Shown piece by piece: positions 10,901 to 19,606 of a stretch of DNA of 64,000 nt (the first letter of the stretch is position 1; the number at the start of each line of letters is the position of its first letter). The DNA lies in NCBI GenBank assembly GCA_963836755.1, contig CAWIKF010000002.1, forward strand, positions 1,760,001 to 1,824,000. Direction: 5' to 3'. The position numbers and the translations under genes were made by a program. The notes beneath the pieces are model-generated. The model was not told where the DNA came from. It made no database searches and saw nothing but the letters and a program-made list of their open reading frames with translations. The stretch is from an uncultured Verrucomicrobiae bacterium. GTDB lineage: Bacteria > Verrucomicrobiota > Verrucomicrobiia > Chthoniobacterales > Chthoniobacteraceae.

Positions 10901-12178
10901 TCACTTGCCGGACATCTGCATCGCATATTGCATCGGTGCGGGACGAATCCTGAAGAATACCCACAGGCCAATGGGGTTATCGCCATAAAGCGCGTCGAGG
11001 CTCGAAGGCTTGAAGTTGTAGGTCACGGATGCGCCAAAGGCGACTGAATACGGCTTGTTCGGCGTGAGTTCGTGGGTGGCTCCCAAGGTCAGTTCGGTAA
11101 CTCCAAACTTCTTGCGCTCGGGCTCGATGGCGAGTTCTTCACCCGTCTTCTGGACGTATTCGATACGGCCGAAAATGGAGTTGCGGTTGGCGATGTCCAG
11201 GTTGGTTTCCAGCAGCACGGCATCGGAGTTAATGCCCGCCTCGTTGTTCATGCCCCAGGCGAGAGTCGTGGCCCAGTTGCCACCGTCGCGCAAAGGCAAG
11301 TTGTAAATTGCACTCGCCGTGGCGCGCCGCACACTGTCCTGCGGATGAAGTTCCTCCGGACTTTTTAGATAGCCATAGGAACCTTGGAAGCTCCAATGGT
11401 CGGTGGGATTGTAAGTCAGGCGGCCTGCGTAGGAATCAAGATGGATCGTGTCGATGTTCCAGCGATCTTCATCCGGTTCGCGTCCGTTGAAGATGGAACC
11501 TTCGAGGCGGAACTTCTCGTAGCTCACACCGAGTGTCGCGACGCCGAAGGAGATGTGGGTCGAGTCCAGCCAATGATGTGTGATCGGCGCCGCGGGATTG
11601 TCCGCCGCGGATGCACGGTGCATGAACGCAGGCGGCCCAAGCGCCGGCTCGCCCGATGGAGCCAGATACAAGGAAACGGCCGCCTGATCACTGAGCGGAT
11701 AGCTATAGCTAGCGCCCAGCTCCATGAAAAGATCGTGCGGGTGCTGCCGGTCCACCAAAGTCCCGCCATGGAAAGCCTCGCCGCTTTGGAAAAGCAACGG
11801 GTAACCGTGCGCCGTCGTCGTGGCAGGCTCCAGGCTAAACATCGATCGCAGCATCAGTTCGCCTTTGCCGAGGGGATGAGTCCCCATCAGCATGAACCAG
11901 TTGATCGAGTTAAATTGATCGTCTCCGCGCCTGCTCCATTGCTTGTCATAGGAGAGAAAGGCGTTGAAGTGACTCATCACCATCCACCCGTCCAGCATCG
12001 AATGGTAAGCACGCATCGGAGTGGAATCCGGCTGCCACGAAGTCCCCGATGCCTCGCGAGACATGGGAATGCCGCCGGGCGATTGCATGTCCATGCCCGC
12101 CATATCATGGTGCTCCTCCGCGGTCGCCAAGCTGGCCGCGAGCAGGAAGACTGAGACTATGTTTGAAATTCTGCGCAT
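10901..12178 (-). CDS. His/Met-rich exported protein, probable outer-membrane beta-barrel (possibly metal/copper related)
   Basis: Signal peptide, EEHHDMAGMDM, SGTSWQPDSTPM, DRQHPHDLFMEL, GEPALGPPAFMHR, HHWLDSTHISFGV; alternating beta-strand pattern. Confidence 0.75.
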   Translation of the reverse strand: MRRISNIVSVFLLAASLATAEEHHDMAGMDMQSPGGIPMSREASGTSWQPDSTPMRAYHSMLDGWMVMSHFNAFLSYDKQWSRRGDDQFNSINWFMLMGTHPLGKGELMLRSMFSLEPATTTAHGYPLLFQSGEAFHGGTLVDRQHPHDLFMELGASYSYPLSDQAAVSLYLAPSGEPALGPPAFMHRASAADNPAAPITHHWLDSTHISFGVATLGVSYEKFRLEGSIFNGREPDEDRWNIDTIHLDSYAGRLTYNPTDHWSFQGSYGYLKSPEELHPQDSVRRATASAIYNLPLRDGGNWATTLAWGMNNEAGINSDAVLLETNLDIANRNSIFGRIEYVQKTGEELAIEPERKKFGVTELTLGATHELTPNKPYSVAFGASVTYNFKPSSLDALYGDNPIGLWVFFRIRPAPMQYAMQMSGK

Positions 12179-12365
12179 GGCGTTGTGCCGTGACCGCAGA
12201 AGCGACGCTATTGGCTCATGCCGCGACGAGCAAGAGCATATTAATAATAGGTGCGCGCGAGCCGTTTCGGGGACTAATGTTACTGCAGGGCGGCGACTTC
12301 TAGGACGAGCGCGGCGTCTGAGATGTCGCCGTTCAATGGAAACGGCCATGCGAATGGTCGGATGA

Positions 12366-12695
12366 TTAGATGTGTCTCTCGGACACGGATGCCTGCACAT
12401 GTTGCATGAGCTGGGTGCGAAAATAGAGAAATCGGCCCGCGAAGAACCAGCTGGTCGGGATGAAACATGCAAGGAGCAATAAGAGCAGGCCTCCAGCGAG
12501 GATGCTTGCTCTTAAACCGAGAGGGCCAAGCTGGAGGGCTGACAGGAAAACGAGGATGCCAAAACAGGCGAAGGAGACGACAGCCATGACTCCAAAGGCA
12601 AGGCTAAGCGCAAATGCTTGGGATGAGCGTGCCTTTAAAACTTTCCCTTGATCACTGAAGTAACTGGAAGCAAGTCGGTCAGAGGGAGTGTCCAT
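12366..12695 (-). CDS. Hypothetical two-TM membrane protein
   Basis: 109-aa ORF with two long hydrophobic segments; start directly after an attC-like site. Confidence 0.65.
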   Translation of the reverse strand: MDTPSDRLASSYFSDQGKVLKARSSQAFALSLAFGVMAVVSFACFGILVFLSALQLGPLGLRASILAGGLLLLLLACFIPTSWFFAGRFLYFRTQLMQHVQASVSERHI

Positions 12696-12699
12696 GGCG

Positions 12700-12756
12700 G
12701 CGTAATGGAGAAGATCAGCTACAGGTCAGCCCTTGAGCTGCGTCGCATGGTTGGGA
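12700..12756 (-). repeat. attC-like site (degenerate)
   Basis: Minus strand TCCCAACCATGCGACGCAGCTCAAGGGCTGACCTGTAGCTGATCTTCTCC-ATTACGC. Confidence 0.7.
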
Positions 12757-13245
12757 TCATGGCGATAGGATCGCATACACGGTAAAGAAAGCGCCCAATA
12801 AGAGGGGAAGAATGATCGCGATCATCGGACCGTTGCGCAAGAAGGAGAAGCTGGGTTTGGAAGGATCGTAACGGACGATCAATGAAGGCGCGGTTGCAAG
12901 ACGCTCGATGGATCTCTTCGCCGACTCGGGAGAGCTATGACCGAGTGAGCAAATACTGTAGACGCGACTGGAAGAAAAGTCCGAGCCATGCACGGAGTAG
13001 GAATAGGAAAGCTCTTCGGAATAGGAATGCTGACTTGTTTCAAGCGAAATGCCAGTGCTGGTGATGCGTCCATCGGTCTGCGGGAATCGCGTGAATCTTA
13101 GGAATCTATAGAGCGAGGTGAGTCCCCACACCAAGCACATCGGGGCGATGATAAGAAAGCCCACGCGCGTGAGTCGGCTCATTGGAGTAAACTCCATGCC
13201 AGCTCCCAGAAGAAGCGAGACTGTCGTCGCGAGGGATAGCATCAA
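12757..13245 (-). CDS. DUF3592-like membrane protein
   Basis: TM helix, T-x-G-R-I, YSYSVHG, VRYDPSKPSFSFL, C-terminal TM helix; start uncertain. Confidence 0.7.
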   Translation of the reverse strand: MMLSLATTVSLLLGAGMEFTPMSRLTRVGFLIIAPMCLVWGLTSLYRFLRFTRFPQTDGRITSTGISLETSQHSYSEELSYSYSVHGSDFSSSRVYSICSLGHSSPESAKRSIERLATAPSLIVRYDPSKPSFSFLRNGPMIAIILPLLLGAFFTVYAILSP

Positions 13246-13601
13246 AGTAAGGGGTAGTCGCGCCGAGTAGTAGATCAGAGGCTGGCTAAGTCAAGCGTGA
13301 AGCCCGAACCAGCCGCGTCGCGTGGTGTGCGATTGGTTCAGAATGGATTTGGAACGTCTTCAAGGTCTTTAATGCGCCGTTTCGTAGCCGCGAACGGTGA
13401 ATAGCGCCACCCCGAACATCATCCCGAGCGGGAGAAGTCGCACCAGAAGCGCAGAGTGCGAAAGCGCATGGCGGCAAGCCCCTGCCAATGCAAGAGACTA
13501 ATCTCCAGGCAAAAAATAGTCGCCAATAGTGAGGTAACAATGAGCGACATGCTCCAAGGTGCTTTGTAGCGCTTCATTTCGCGGAGCGAACTTATAGAGC
13601 A

Positions 13602-13680
13602 GCCTAGCAAGAACAAGACGAGCTACCCGCGGAGCCTGTCAGCGTCGCACTACAAGCCGGAAGCTCGGCGTCGCGGTTGC
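13602..13680 (-). repeat. attC-like site (degenerate)
   Basis: Plus strand GCCTAGCAAGAACAAGACGAGCTACCCGCGGAGCC matches the conserved right arm of the other copies. Confidence 0.6.
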
Positions 13681-14342
13681 TACTCTTTGTCCCACGCGAC
13701 CTTGCCGGTATCGAGGTCATACACGCCGGAAACGACCCGGACTTCTTTGCCGGCCGCGCCATAGCTGGCCTCCTTGCGGATCTTCGCAGCGACCAGCCGG
13801 GCGTTCTCGTCAATCGTCAGATCCAGTATATTGCCCTGCTTGCCCTTCGTGGCTCTGACGGCAGGCTGGATGTCGCGAACCAAATAGCGCACATGGCCGG
13901 GAGCCGAACTACTGTCCAAGGCGGCCGTCACGGCACCGCACCGCTCGTGTCCGAGGACTACGATGAGGCGCGAGCCCAGATGATCGACCGCATATTCGAT
14001 GCTCCCCAGGCCGTAGTCATCCACCAGGTTGCCAGCCGTGCGGACCACGAAAAGATCGCCGATGTTCTGGTCAAAGACGATCTCAGGTGCCGTGCGGGAG
14101 TCGGAGCAGGCGACGACGACGGCGAAAGGATGTTGACCTTGCGCGGTTTCCGCCCGTTTGGCGGCATTCGGTTTGCCTTCGGAGATCTTGCTGCTGGCAA
14201 AGCGGGCATTGCCCTTCTTGAGTTTCGCGAGTGCGGCTTCGGCACTGACGGAGGGAGTGGAATGGTCGGAAGCGAAGCCAGCCCCAGCGAGGCTGAGGAA
14301 GCTAATGAACGTGATGAGCGTGAGTTTCGAGGCGGTTTTCAT
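13680..14342 (-). CDS. Beta-class carbonic anhydrase with signal peptide
   Basis: Zn-binding motifs ACSDSR and LGHERCGAV; GNARF; GDLFVVRTAGN; YDLDTGKV. Confidence 0.93.
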   Translation of the reverse strand: MKTASKLTLITFISFLSLAGAGFASDHSTPSVSAEAALAKLKKGNARFASSKISEGKPNAAKRAETAQGQHPFAVVVACSDSRTAPEIVFDQNIGDLFVVRTAGNLVDDYGLGSIEYAVDHLGSRLIVVLGHERCGAVTAALDSSSAPGHVRYLVRDIQPAVRATKGKQGNILDLTIDENARLVAAKIRKEASYGAAGKEVRVVSGVYDLDTGKVAWDKE

Positions 14343-14394
14343 AATGCAGTCATTGGTTTTGGTTGCGGTCGTTGGAAAACTGGAGTGACGTGAG

Positions 14395-14672
14395 GAGCAG
14401 TTCGCTGCAGCGCATGGTTATGAAAAGACAACCAACGCTACCAACAAGATGAGTGCGGCTGTCGTTGCAATCCACTGGAGCGTCCGTTTCACTGCGACTC
14501 GGCGAATGCGCCTAACATCCTATTGCGCCGACTGGTATCAGCCTATCGCACAAAGTCTCTGTCGGCATGAGCTGGAGAGTGTCAGCGGGGATTATTTTGT
14601 CAATGAGAATAGGTTGATGGTGAAAAGTGAAGGCTACACGCGCAGCCTCTTCACTGCATCGCACGGTTAGGG
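14395..14672 (-). repeat. Cluster of attC-like remnants with little or no coding sequence between them
   Basis: Plus-strand half sites CGCTGCAGCGCATGGTTATG (~14403-14422) and GCTACACGCGCAGCCTCTTCACTGCATCGCACGGTTAGGC (~14633-14672), plus GCCTAAC at ~14510. Confidence 0.55.
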
Positions 14673-14688
14673 CGACATAGGCTGTTAA

Positions 14689-15309
14689 TTATTGAGGCGG
14701 ATTATAATCCGAGTCCCCCGGCATCAAATCTTCATTAACGCACACGCTCTCACTCAACTTCCCTCCGTGATCATAATGCAGTTCGATTACCCAGCAGAAG
14801 ACATTCTCGGGCCAGGTGCCTTGGGGTAAAAGTTTAGCGGGGTCCGCCCCGAGCGCATTGAGGAGCTCGGGGATCTTCCCGTGATGCCAGCTGATGAGGA
14901 TTTGTTTTCCATCGCGCCCGGCCTTGATCTCGCGAGCGAGACTCTCGAAGTCATTGTTTTTAAATCTGAGATCGATGGGGAGGCCGATGGCTTTGCTCAA
15001 TGGTTCAATCGTCTGGCGCGCGCGCGTGTTGTTATCGTGGTCGGCGCTGGCGAAGAGGTGATTGATCTGCACCGGCTGCGCAAAGGCGGTGCAGTGTCGG
15101 AAATAATGCGCATAGGCCTTTGCCCGCGCCTCACCGGCGGGCGTGAGGCCGCCACCGGGCGGCTCTTGCTTTTCCGCGTGCCGCACGATCAAAACCGTAG
15201 CGTCACGTAACCCTTTCGTCGTCGTCGGTGGCTTTGCCAGCGGCTTCTTCGAGAGACCTACGGAAGACGCCAGCATTAAGAGCGTGCAGGAGAGAAGGAT
15301 TCTTTTCAT
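14689..15309 (-). CDS. Secreted histidine-phosphatase superfamily protein (SixA/PGM-like)
   Basis: Signal peptide; IVRHAEK, LTPAGEARA, RARQTIEPL, ILISWHH. Confidence 0.8.
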   Translation of the reverse strand: MKRILLSCTLLMLASSVGLSKKPLAKPPTTTKGLRDATVLIVRHAEKQEPPGGGLTPAGEARAKAYAHYFRHCTAFAQPVQINHLFASADHDNNTRARQTIEPLSKAIGLPIDLRFKNNDFESLAREIKAGRDGKQILISWHHGKIPELLNALGADPAKLLPQGTWPENVFCWVIELHYDHGGKLSESVCVNEDLMPGDSDYNPPQ

Positions 15310-15341
15310 ACGTGGTGGCTTCTGTGAAACGGAATATCGCC

Positions 15342-15956
15342 TTACATCCTCACGGCGCGTTCATGGCTCCAAAACATTGAATCTTTGCGTTGGACAACAT
15401 CTAATATGTAAAGGCGTTCTTCATTCTTTGGCCCATTCGAGAGACTGTCGATTACGACGATCTCCGCGCCGAAGTCAAACTCGATGATTGTTCTCTTCTT
15501 GTAGGTTCGCGTCGCGTATTGAACGAAGCGCACTCCTCGACACGCACCTCTTCGCGAAAGATCGCTGAGAACTCTGAGCAGCGTTGAATACAAGACAATT
15601 GTTGGCTGACGTGTGAACCGAGCACCGCTGACAAGAACCATTTTGTTCTCTGCTCGTCGAATGACGACAGCTTTCTTTGGGTGTCTCTGTGATCGGAATG
15701 TCAACGCGTTCGGGGCAACTTCGCAATTCACGGAGCGACCAAACTGATCTAGAGCTTCCTTATCTGGAGCGACCTTGAGTAAGCTGCGAAAGAGCGACTC
15801 GATAAAGCAGATCGTCGCATAATCATTCTTCTGAATGATCTGCGGATAACCGTCTTGCGGGTAAGGGCTATATTTAGTCCGGGTTACTGGGTCAGCTTCG
15901 GCTGCAGCGCGCGAAATAAATAGGCACGCGCATGTGGCAGCGATGAGGAGATTCAT
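15342..15956 (-). CDS. Hypothetical secreted cassette protein
   Basis: Signal-like MNLLIAATCACLFISRAAA; start 22 bp after an attC-like site. Confidence 0.6.
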   Translation of the reverse strand: MNLLIAATCACLFISRAAAEADPVTRTKYSPYPQDGYPQIIQKNDYATICFIESLFRSLLKVAPDKEALDQFGRSVNCEVAPNALTFRSQRHPKKAVVIRRAENKMVLVSGARFTRQPTIVLYSTLLRVLSDLSRRGACRGVRFVQYATRTYKKRTIIEFDFGAEIVVIDSLSNGPKNEERLYILDVVQRKDSMFWSHERAVRM

Positions 15957-15977
15957 GGGGGAAGGTGCGTCTTTAGC

Positions 15978-16038
15978 GCCTGACGAAAATTAGAGGAGCT
16001 ACAGGCCGAGCCCCGCTAGCCGCAACGCATGGTTAGGC
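15978..16038 (-). repeat. attC-like site
   Basis: Minus strand GCCTAACCATGCGTTGCGGCTAGC...GTAGCTCCTCTAATTTTC-GTCAGGC; antitoxin TAA lies inside GCCTAAC. Confidence 0.75.
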
Positions 16039-16228
16039 GGCGACCTCATAGGAAAATTTAGGAGTGTCGCCGCGCTTGGTTGCGTGCTCGACAGTGATTC
16101 CGGCGATCTTCCCTTCGCGGTGCAAGTCCAGCAGCATGTTCTCATCCACGGTCGCGCGTTTCGGCGACTTCAACGGCCTTGAATTCGATGTAAAGGGTAT
16201 CGGTATCTTGAAAGTCTTGAATCTTCAT
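16033..16228 (-). pseudogene. DUF2283-like antitoxin, frameshifted
   Basis: MKIQDFQDTDTLYIEFKAVEVAETRD, one-base shift, then DENMLLDLHREGKIAGITVEHATKRGDTPKFSYEVAA*. Confidence 0.7.
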
Positions 16229-16451
16229 GGCGTGAATGAACGATCAAAGAATGGGTTATGCACAGTCTCCCCGTCTGCAAGAAGTATAACGCGCAAGTAT
16301 CTGCCGTCTATCTCGGAAATAGCTGCCCAACGGCGAATGCGGCCATCCTGCCGAATCGTCTCGCGAACGGGATGGTCCCACCGCGCGCTGAATCGACTCC
16401 ATGTCGATCATAGCTCGACCCGGGCGTAGGCGCATTTAAGATGATGTTCAC
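16225..16451 (-). pseudogene. Cognate toxin (DUF4258/RelE-BrnT-like), frameshifted
   Basis: MRLRPGRAMIDMESIQRAV, shift, DHPVRETIRQDGRIRRWAAISEIDGRYLRVILLADGETVHNPFFDRSFTP*; ATGA overlap with the antitoxin. Confidence 0.65.
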
Positions 16452-17089
16452 GGTATCGGGATAGTCTGTCTGCACTTCGGATAGTTCGGACAACCATAGA
16501 ACTTGCCACGGCTGCTGCTGCGAATGACCAGCGTGATACCACACTTGGGACAAAGTGGTGCAGAAGTAGCATCCTGCGGAACTGGTGTTGATGGCGGCAG
16601 AGCACCTTCGGAAAAGAAAGTTGGCAGCCGGGATGTGATCTCCGAAACATTGTAAACCCGCTGCGTCGGAAAGCGTAAAAGTGTCAGCCCGGAAGCTTCA
16701 AAGACCTTTTGGACAAGGGCATCGCGTGTCTGGCGATCCTCGCGAGCATGGCTGGAATCATCGAGTTCGATACCTACACGGGGACGCATTGAGCGACTGT
16801 CGCACAACAAGAAATCAACGTGCTTGCGGGAAATGCGGTTCTTTGCGGCTTGATTTTGGTCGGGGCGAGAAACATAGAAGATGTCACTGAGGTTGACCTT
16901 GGGACAGACGGTGAACCTATCGCCTGCGGCCGAAAGGAGAATGTGGTAAAACGAAATCTCGGCGGCGGAAAGAAAATCGTCGCGGAGACGAAACGGGAAG
17001 GAGTGAGGAGCAGAAGCGGAAGGACCAATGCCAAACAGGCGAAGAACCAGACCGACACAGCCTGACTTATCACTAGATGCTTTGCTCAT
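16448..17089 (-). CDS. DUF2726 domain protein with C-terminal topoisomerase-type C4 zinc finger
   Basis: LSAAEISFY, KVNLSDI, KHVDFLLCD, IELDDSSH; CPKCG...FYGCPNYPKC. Confidence 0.88.
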   Translation of the reverse strand: MSKASSDKSGCVGLVLRLFGIGPSASAPHSFPFRLRDDFLSAAEISFYHILLSAAGDRFTVCPKVNLSDIFYVSRPDQNQAAKNRISRKHVDFLLCDSRSMRPRVGIELDDSSHAREDRQTRDALVQKVFEASGLTLLRFPTQRVYNVSEITSRLPTFFSEGALPPSTPVPQDATSAPLCPKCGITLVIRSSSRGKFYGCPNYPKCRQTIPIP

Positions 17090-17532
17090 GGCGAAAGTGC
17101 CCCATAGGTTGTCGTTTGGTTAGTCCTCACAGATAAGCCGAGGTGCTGGTATCGCTGTCGGCCATGTTGCCGGCAATTAGCTCCGGATGTGCCCGCAACG
17201 TGCCGATTTTCACTGAAAACGGGCGGCAGGGCAAGCCTGTATCGATAAGAAATGTGCGAGGTGATCCTCGTCCCAAGGGCGAAACGAACCGAGGTCAAAG
17301 CGGTGACCGCTTTAAATAAAGCGACGATCGGCTGGGTTTAGGCGGTGAGCCCTCATATTAACCAGCGAGTGGCTGGATTCATCGCGTCGCCGCCTGTATT
17401 CGAGTCGTCACCGCTCAAGAAAAAAAGTTGCTGCCGTAATGCTCCCATAATATTGCGGCTCCTAAGTTTGCTTCCATCAAGTGCTGTAAGCACAAACAAT
17501 AAAACAAACAAAACAATCCATAGACTGACAAA

Positions 17533-18039
17533 ATGAAAAAACATACTACCGTCAAATGCGCCATTGCCCTCCTGAGCGTTTCCGTTTTCAGCACATCGCT
17601 GATCGCCAAAGCTGAGGATAAGGAAGAATCAACAACGATGGAATCCATTCCAGCGGCTGCAGCCAGTGCGATCAAGAAACAGGCGGCGGGCGCGAAGATC
17701 ACCGGTGTCTCGAAGGAAGACGAGGATGGCAAAACCGTTTATGAAGCGAAGATCAAGGCGAACGGCAGCGTGCGCGAAGTCAGTGTGGACAGCAACGGGA
17801 AAGTCGCCAGCGTTGAAGAGGTGATCCAGCTCTCCGGCGCGCCGGAAGCGGTCCGCACAGCGATCGAAGCGGATAGCAAGGGCGGCAAAGTCGAGAAAAT
17901 CGAGAAGGTTAACGAGGGTGGCAAAACCACCTTCGAGGCGCTTATCTCCGCCAAAGGCAAGCGCGAGGAAGTTGTTTTCTCGCCCGAGGGCAAAGTAGTC
18001 ACGCGTGAAGACAAGAAACACGATAAGGACAAGGACTAA
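17533..18039 (+). CDS. Secreted PepSY-like repeat protein
   Basis: Signal peptide; two repeats of P-x-A(A/V)...K-x-x-E-x-GKT-x-(Y/F)EA...EV...GKV. Confidence 0.75.
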   Translation: MKKHTTVKCAIALLSVSVFSTSLIAKAEDKEESTTMESIPAAAASAIKKQAAGAKITGVSKEDEDGKTVYEAKIKANGSVREVSVDSNGKVASVEEVIQLSGAPEAVRTAIEADSKGGKVEKIEKVNEGGKTTFEALISAKGKREEVVFSPEGKVVTREDKKHDKDKD

Positions 18040-18087
18040 AACAACTGCACGCGGACGCAAAAGGCAGGCATTTGCGAAATGTCTAAC

Positions 18088-18122
18088 GGGGCCGCCGGCA
18101 AACTCCTTGCCGGCGGCCTCGG
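18088..18122. terminator. GC-rich hairpin between the PepSY-like and DUF347 genes
   Basis: GGGGCCGCCGGCAA-ACTCC-TTGCCGGCGGCCTC inverted repeat; no clear U-tract. Confidence 0.4.
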
Positions 18123-18145
18123 TTGCGCAATAGACGTTCTAATCT

Positions 18146-18895
18146 ATGAATACCGAAAAACTCAGCAAAGTCCCGGAAGTCACACTCATCTTCTGGATCA
18201 TCAAAATCCTGGCGACGACTCTCGGCGAGACGGGCGGTGATACTGTCTCGATGTCGATGAATCTCGGCTATCTGGTCGGCACTGCCATCTTTGCCGTCAT
18301 CTTTCTGATCGCGGTGGCCATCCAGATTCTCGCGAAAAAGTTTCATCCGCTGATTTACTGGACGACGATTGTCGCGACGACGACGGTGGGGACGACTTTG
18401 GCCGACTTTGCGGATCGTTCGCTCGGCATTGGCTACGCGGGCGGCTCGGCGATCTTGCTTTGCCTGCTCGGGGCGTCGCTTTTCATTTGGAAGCGAACGA
18501 TGGGTTCGGTCGCGGTCGATACGGTCAGCTCGCCGAAGGCGGAGATGTTTTACTGGGTGACGATCATGTTTTCGCAGACCTTGGGAACGGCGCTCGGCGA
18601 TTGGACGGCAGACACGGCGGGAGTCGGCTACGGGGGAGGGATCGTAGTCTTCGGGAGTTTGCTCGCGGTGATCGCCGCGGCCTATCTTTGGACGAAGATT
18701 TCGCACACTGTCTTGTTCTGGGCGGCGTTCATTCTTACGCGTCCGCTCGGCGCGGTGGTCGGCGATTTTCTGGATAAGCCAGTCGCACACGGTGGGCTGG
18801 CACTGAGCCGCTACTCTGCGTCGGCCGCGCTTGTTGTGCTGATGCTTGTCTTCATCTTTTGCTTTCCGCATCGGCCGGCGAGGCGGACGCATTGA
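18146..18895 (+). CDS. DUF347/COG4705 repeat membrane protein
   Basis: SKVPEVTLIFWIIKILATTLGETGGD, TTTVGTTLAD, SQTLGTALGD, FWAAFILTRPLGA. Confidence 0.88.
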   Translation: MNTEKLSKVPEVTLIFWIIKILATTLGETGGDTVSMSMNLGYLVGTAIFAVIFLIAVAIQILAKKFHPLIYWTTIVATTTVGTTLADFADRSLGIGYAGGSAILLCLLGASLFIWKRTMGSVAVDTVSSPKAEMFYWVTIMFSQTLGTALGDWTADTAGVGYGGGIVVFGSLLAVIAAAYLWTKISHTVLFWAAFILTRPLGAVVGDFLDKPVAHGGLALSRYSASAALVVLMLVFIFCFPHRPARRTH

Positions 18896-18934
18896 AGCCC
18901 GCGATGAAAATCGGGCTCTAAGTCTACATCGACG

Positions 18935-19606
18935 GTGCGTTTACTTTTCGTCGAAGATTCGGAGCGGCTCCAGCGCTACGTGGGTGCGGCTTTGAAAAAG
19001 GCCGGCTACGCGGTCGATGCGTGCACTGATGGCGAAGAAGGGCTTTGGCTCGCGCAGACGCACGATTACGACGCGATCATTCTCGATCTCATGCTGCCGA
19101 AGCTCGATGGCTTGACGCTGTTGGAGCGGCTGCGTGAGAGCGGAAAGCAAACACACGTCCTCCTGCTTACTGCGCGTGACAGCGTCGAAGATCGCGTGCG
19201 CGGCTTGTTGAGCGGCGCGGATGATTATCTCGTGAAGCCGTTCGATCTTTCCGAGCTGCTCGCCCGTGTTTACGCGCTGTGCCGCCGCGGCTACGGGGCA
19301 AAGCAGGCGCGGCTTGTTTTTGGAGATTTGGTGATCGACGCCGCAGCCAAGAGCATCCGACTCGCTGGCGAACCTGTCGAGCTGCCGCCGCGCGAATACG
19401 CGCTCCTGGAGTATCTTGCGCTGCGTCGCGGTCAGGTCGTCTCGCGCAGCGAGATCGAAGCGCACATCTACGATGATGTCGCCGGTGCGATGAGCAATGT
19501 CGTTGATTCCGCAGTCTGCTCTTTGCGGAAAAGAATCACGCCGCCCGGAGCAAAGCCGCTCATTCAGACCCGGCGCGGCCTGGGATATGTGCTCGACGCC
19601 AAATGA
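18935..19606 (+). CDS. OmpR/PhoB-family response regulator
   Basis: LLFVED, LDLMLP, LLLTARD, GADDYLVKPF, winged-helix end IQTRRGLGY. Confidence 0.95.
   Translation: MRLLFVEDSERLQRYVGAALKKAGYAVDACTDGEEGLWLAQTHDYDAIILDLMLPKLDGLTLLERLRESGKQTHVLLLTARDSVEDRVRGLLSGADDYLVKPFDLSELLARVYALCRRGYGAKQARLVFGDLVIDAAAKSIRLAGEPVELPPREYALLEYLALRRGQVVSRSEIEAHIYDDVAGAMSNVVDSAVCSLRKRITPPGAKPLIQTRRGLGYVLDAK

Larger units (their letters stand above)
6521..17089 (-). mobile_element. Integron-type gene-cassette array without a visible integrase (CALIN-like)
   Basis: Unrelated minus-strand ORFs separated by related ~60-bp imperfect inverted repeats with RYYYAAC...GTTRRRY-like ends; several stop codons lie inside the RYYYAAC box; no intI seen in the window. 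Confidence 0.8.

Noticed and set aside
13286..13616. Intact cassette gene (MKRYKAPWS...)
   Set aside because: The hydrophobic start breaks down across frames; it may be a decayed membrane-protein cassette but no product can be assigned
6521..16038. CRISPR or REP interpretation of the ~60-bp repeats
   Set aside because: The intervals are whole genes in one orientation, and the repeat ends match attC boxes
17090..17530. attI site or intI remnant at the 5' end of the array
   Set aside because: GTT-containing motifs exist (~17108-17125), but I found no convincing attI structure or integrase-like translation
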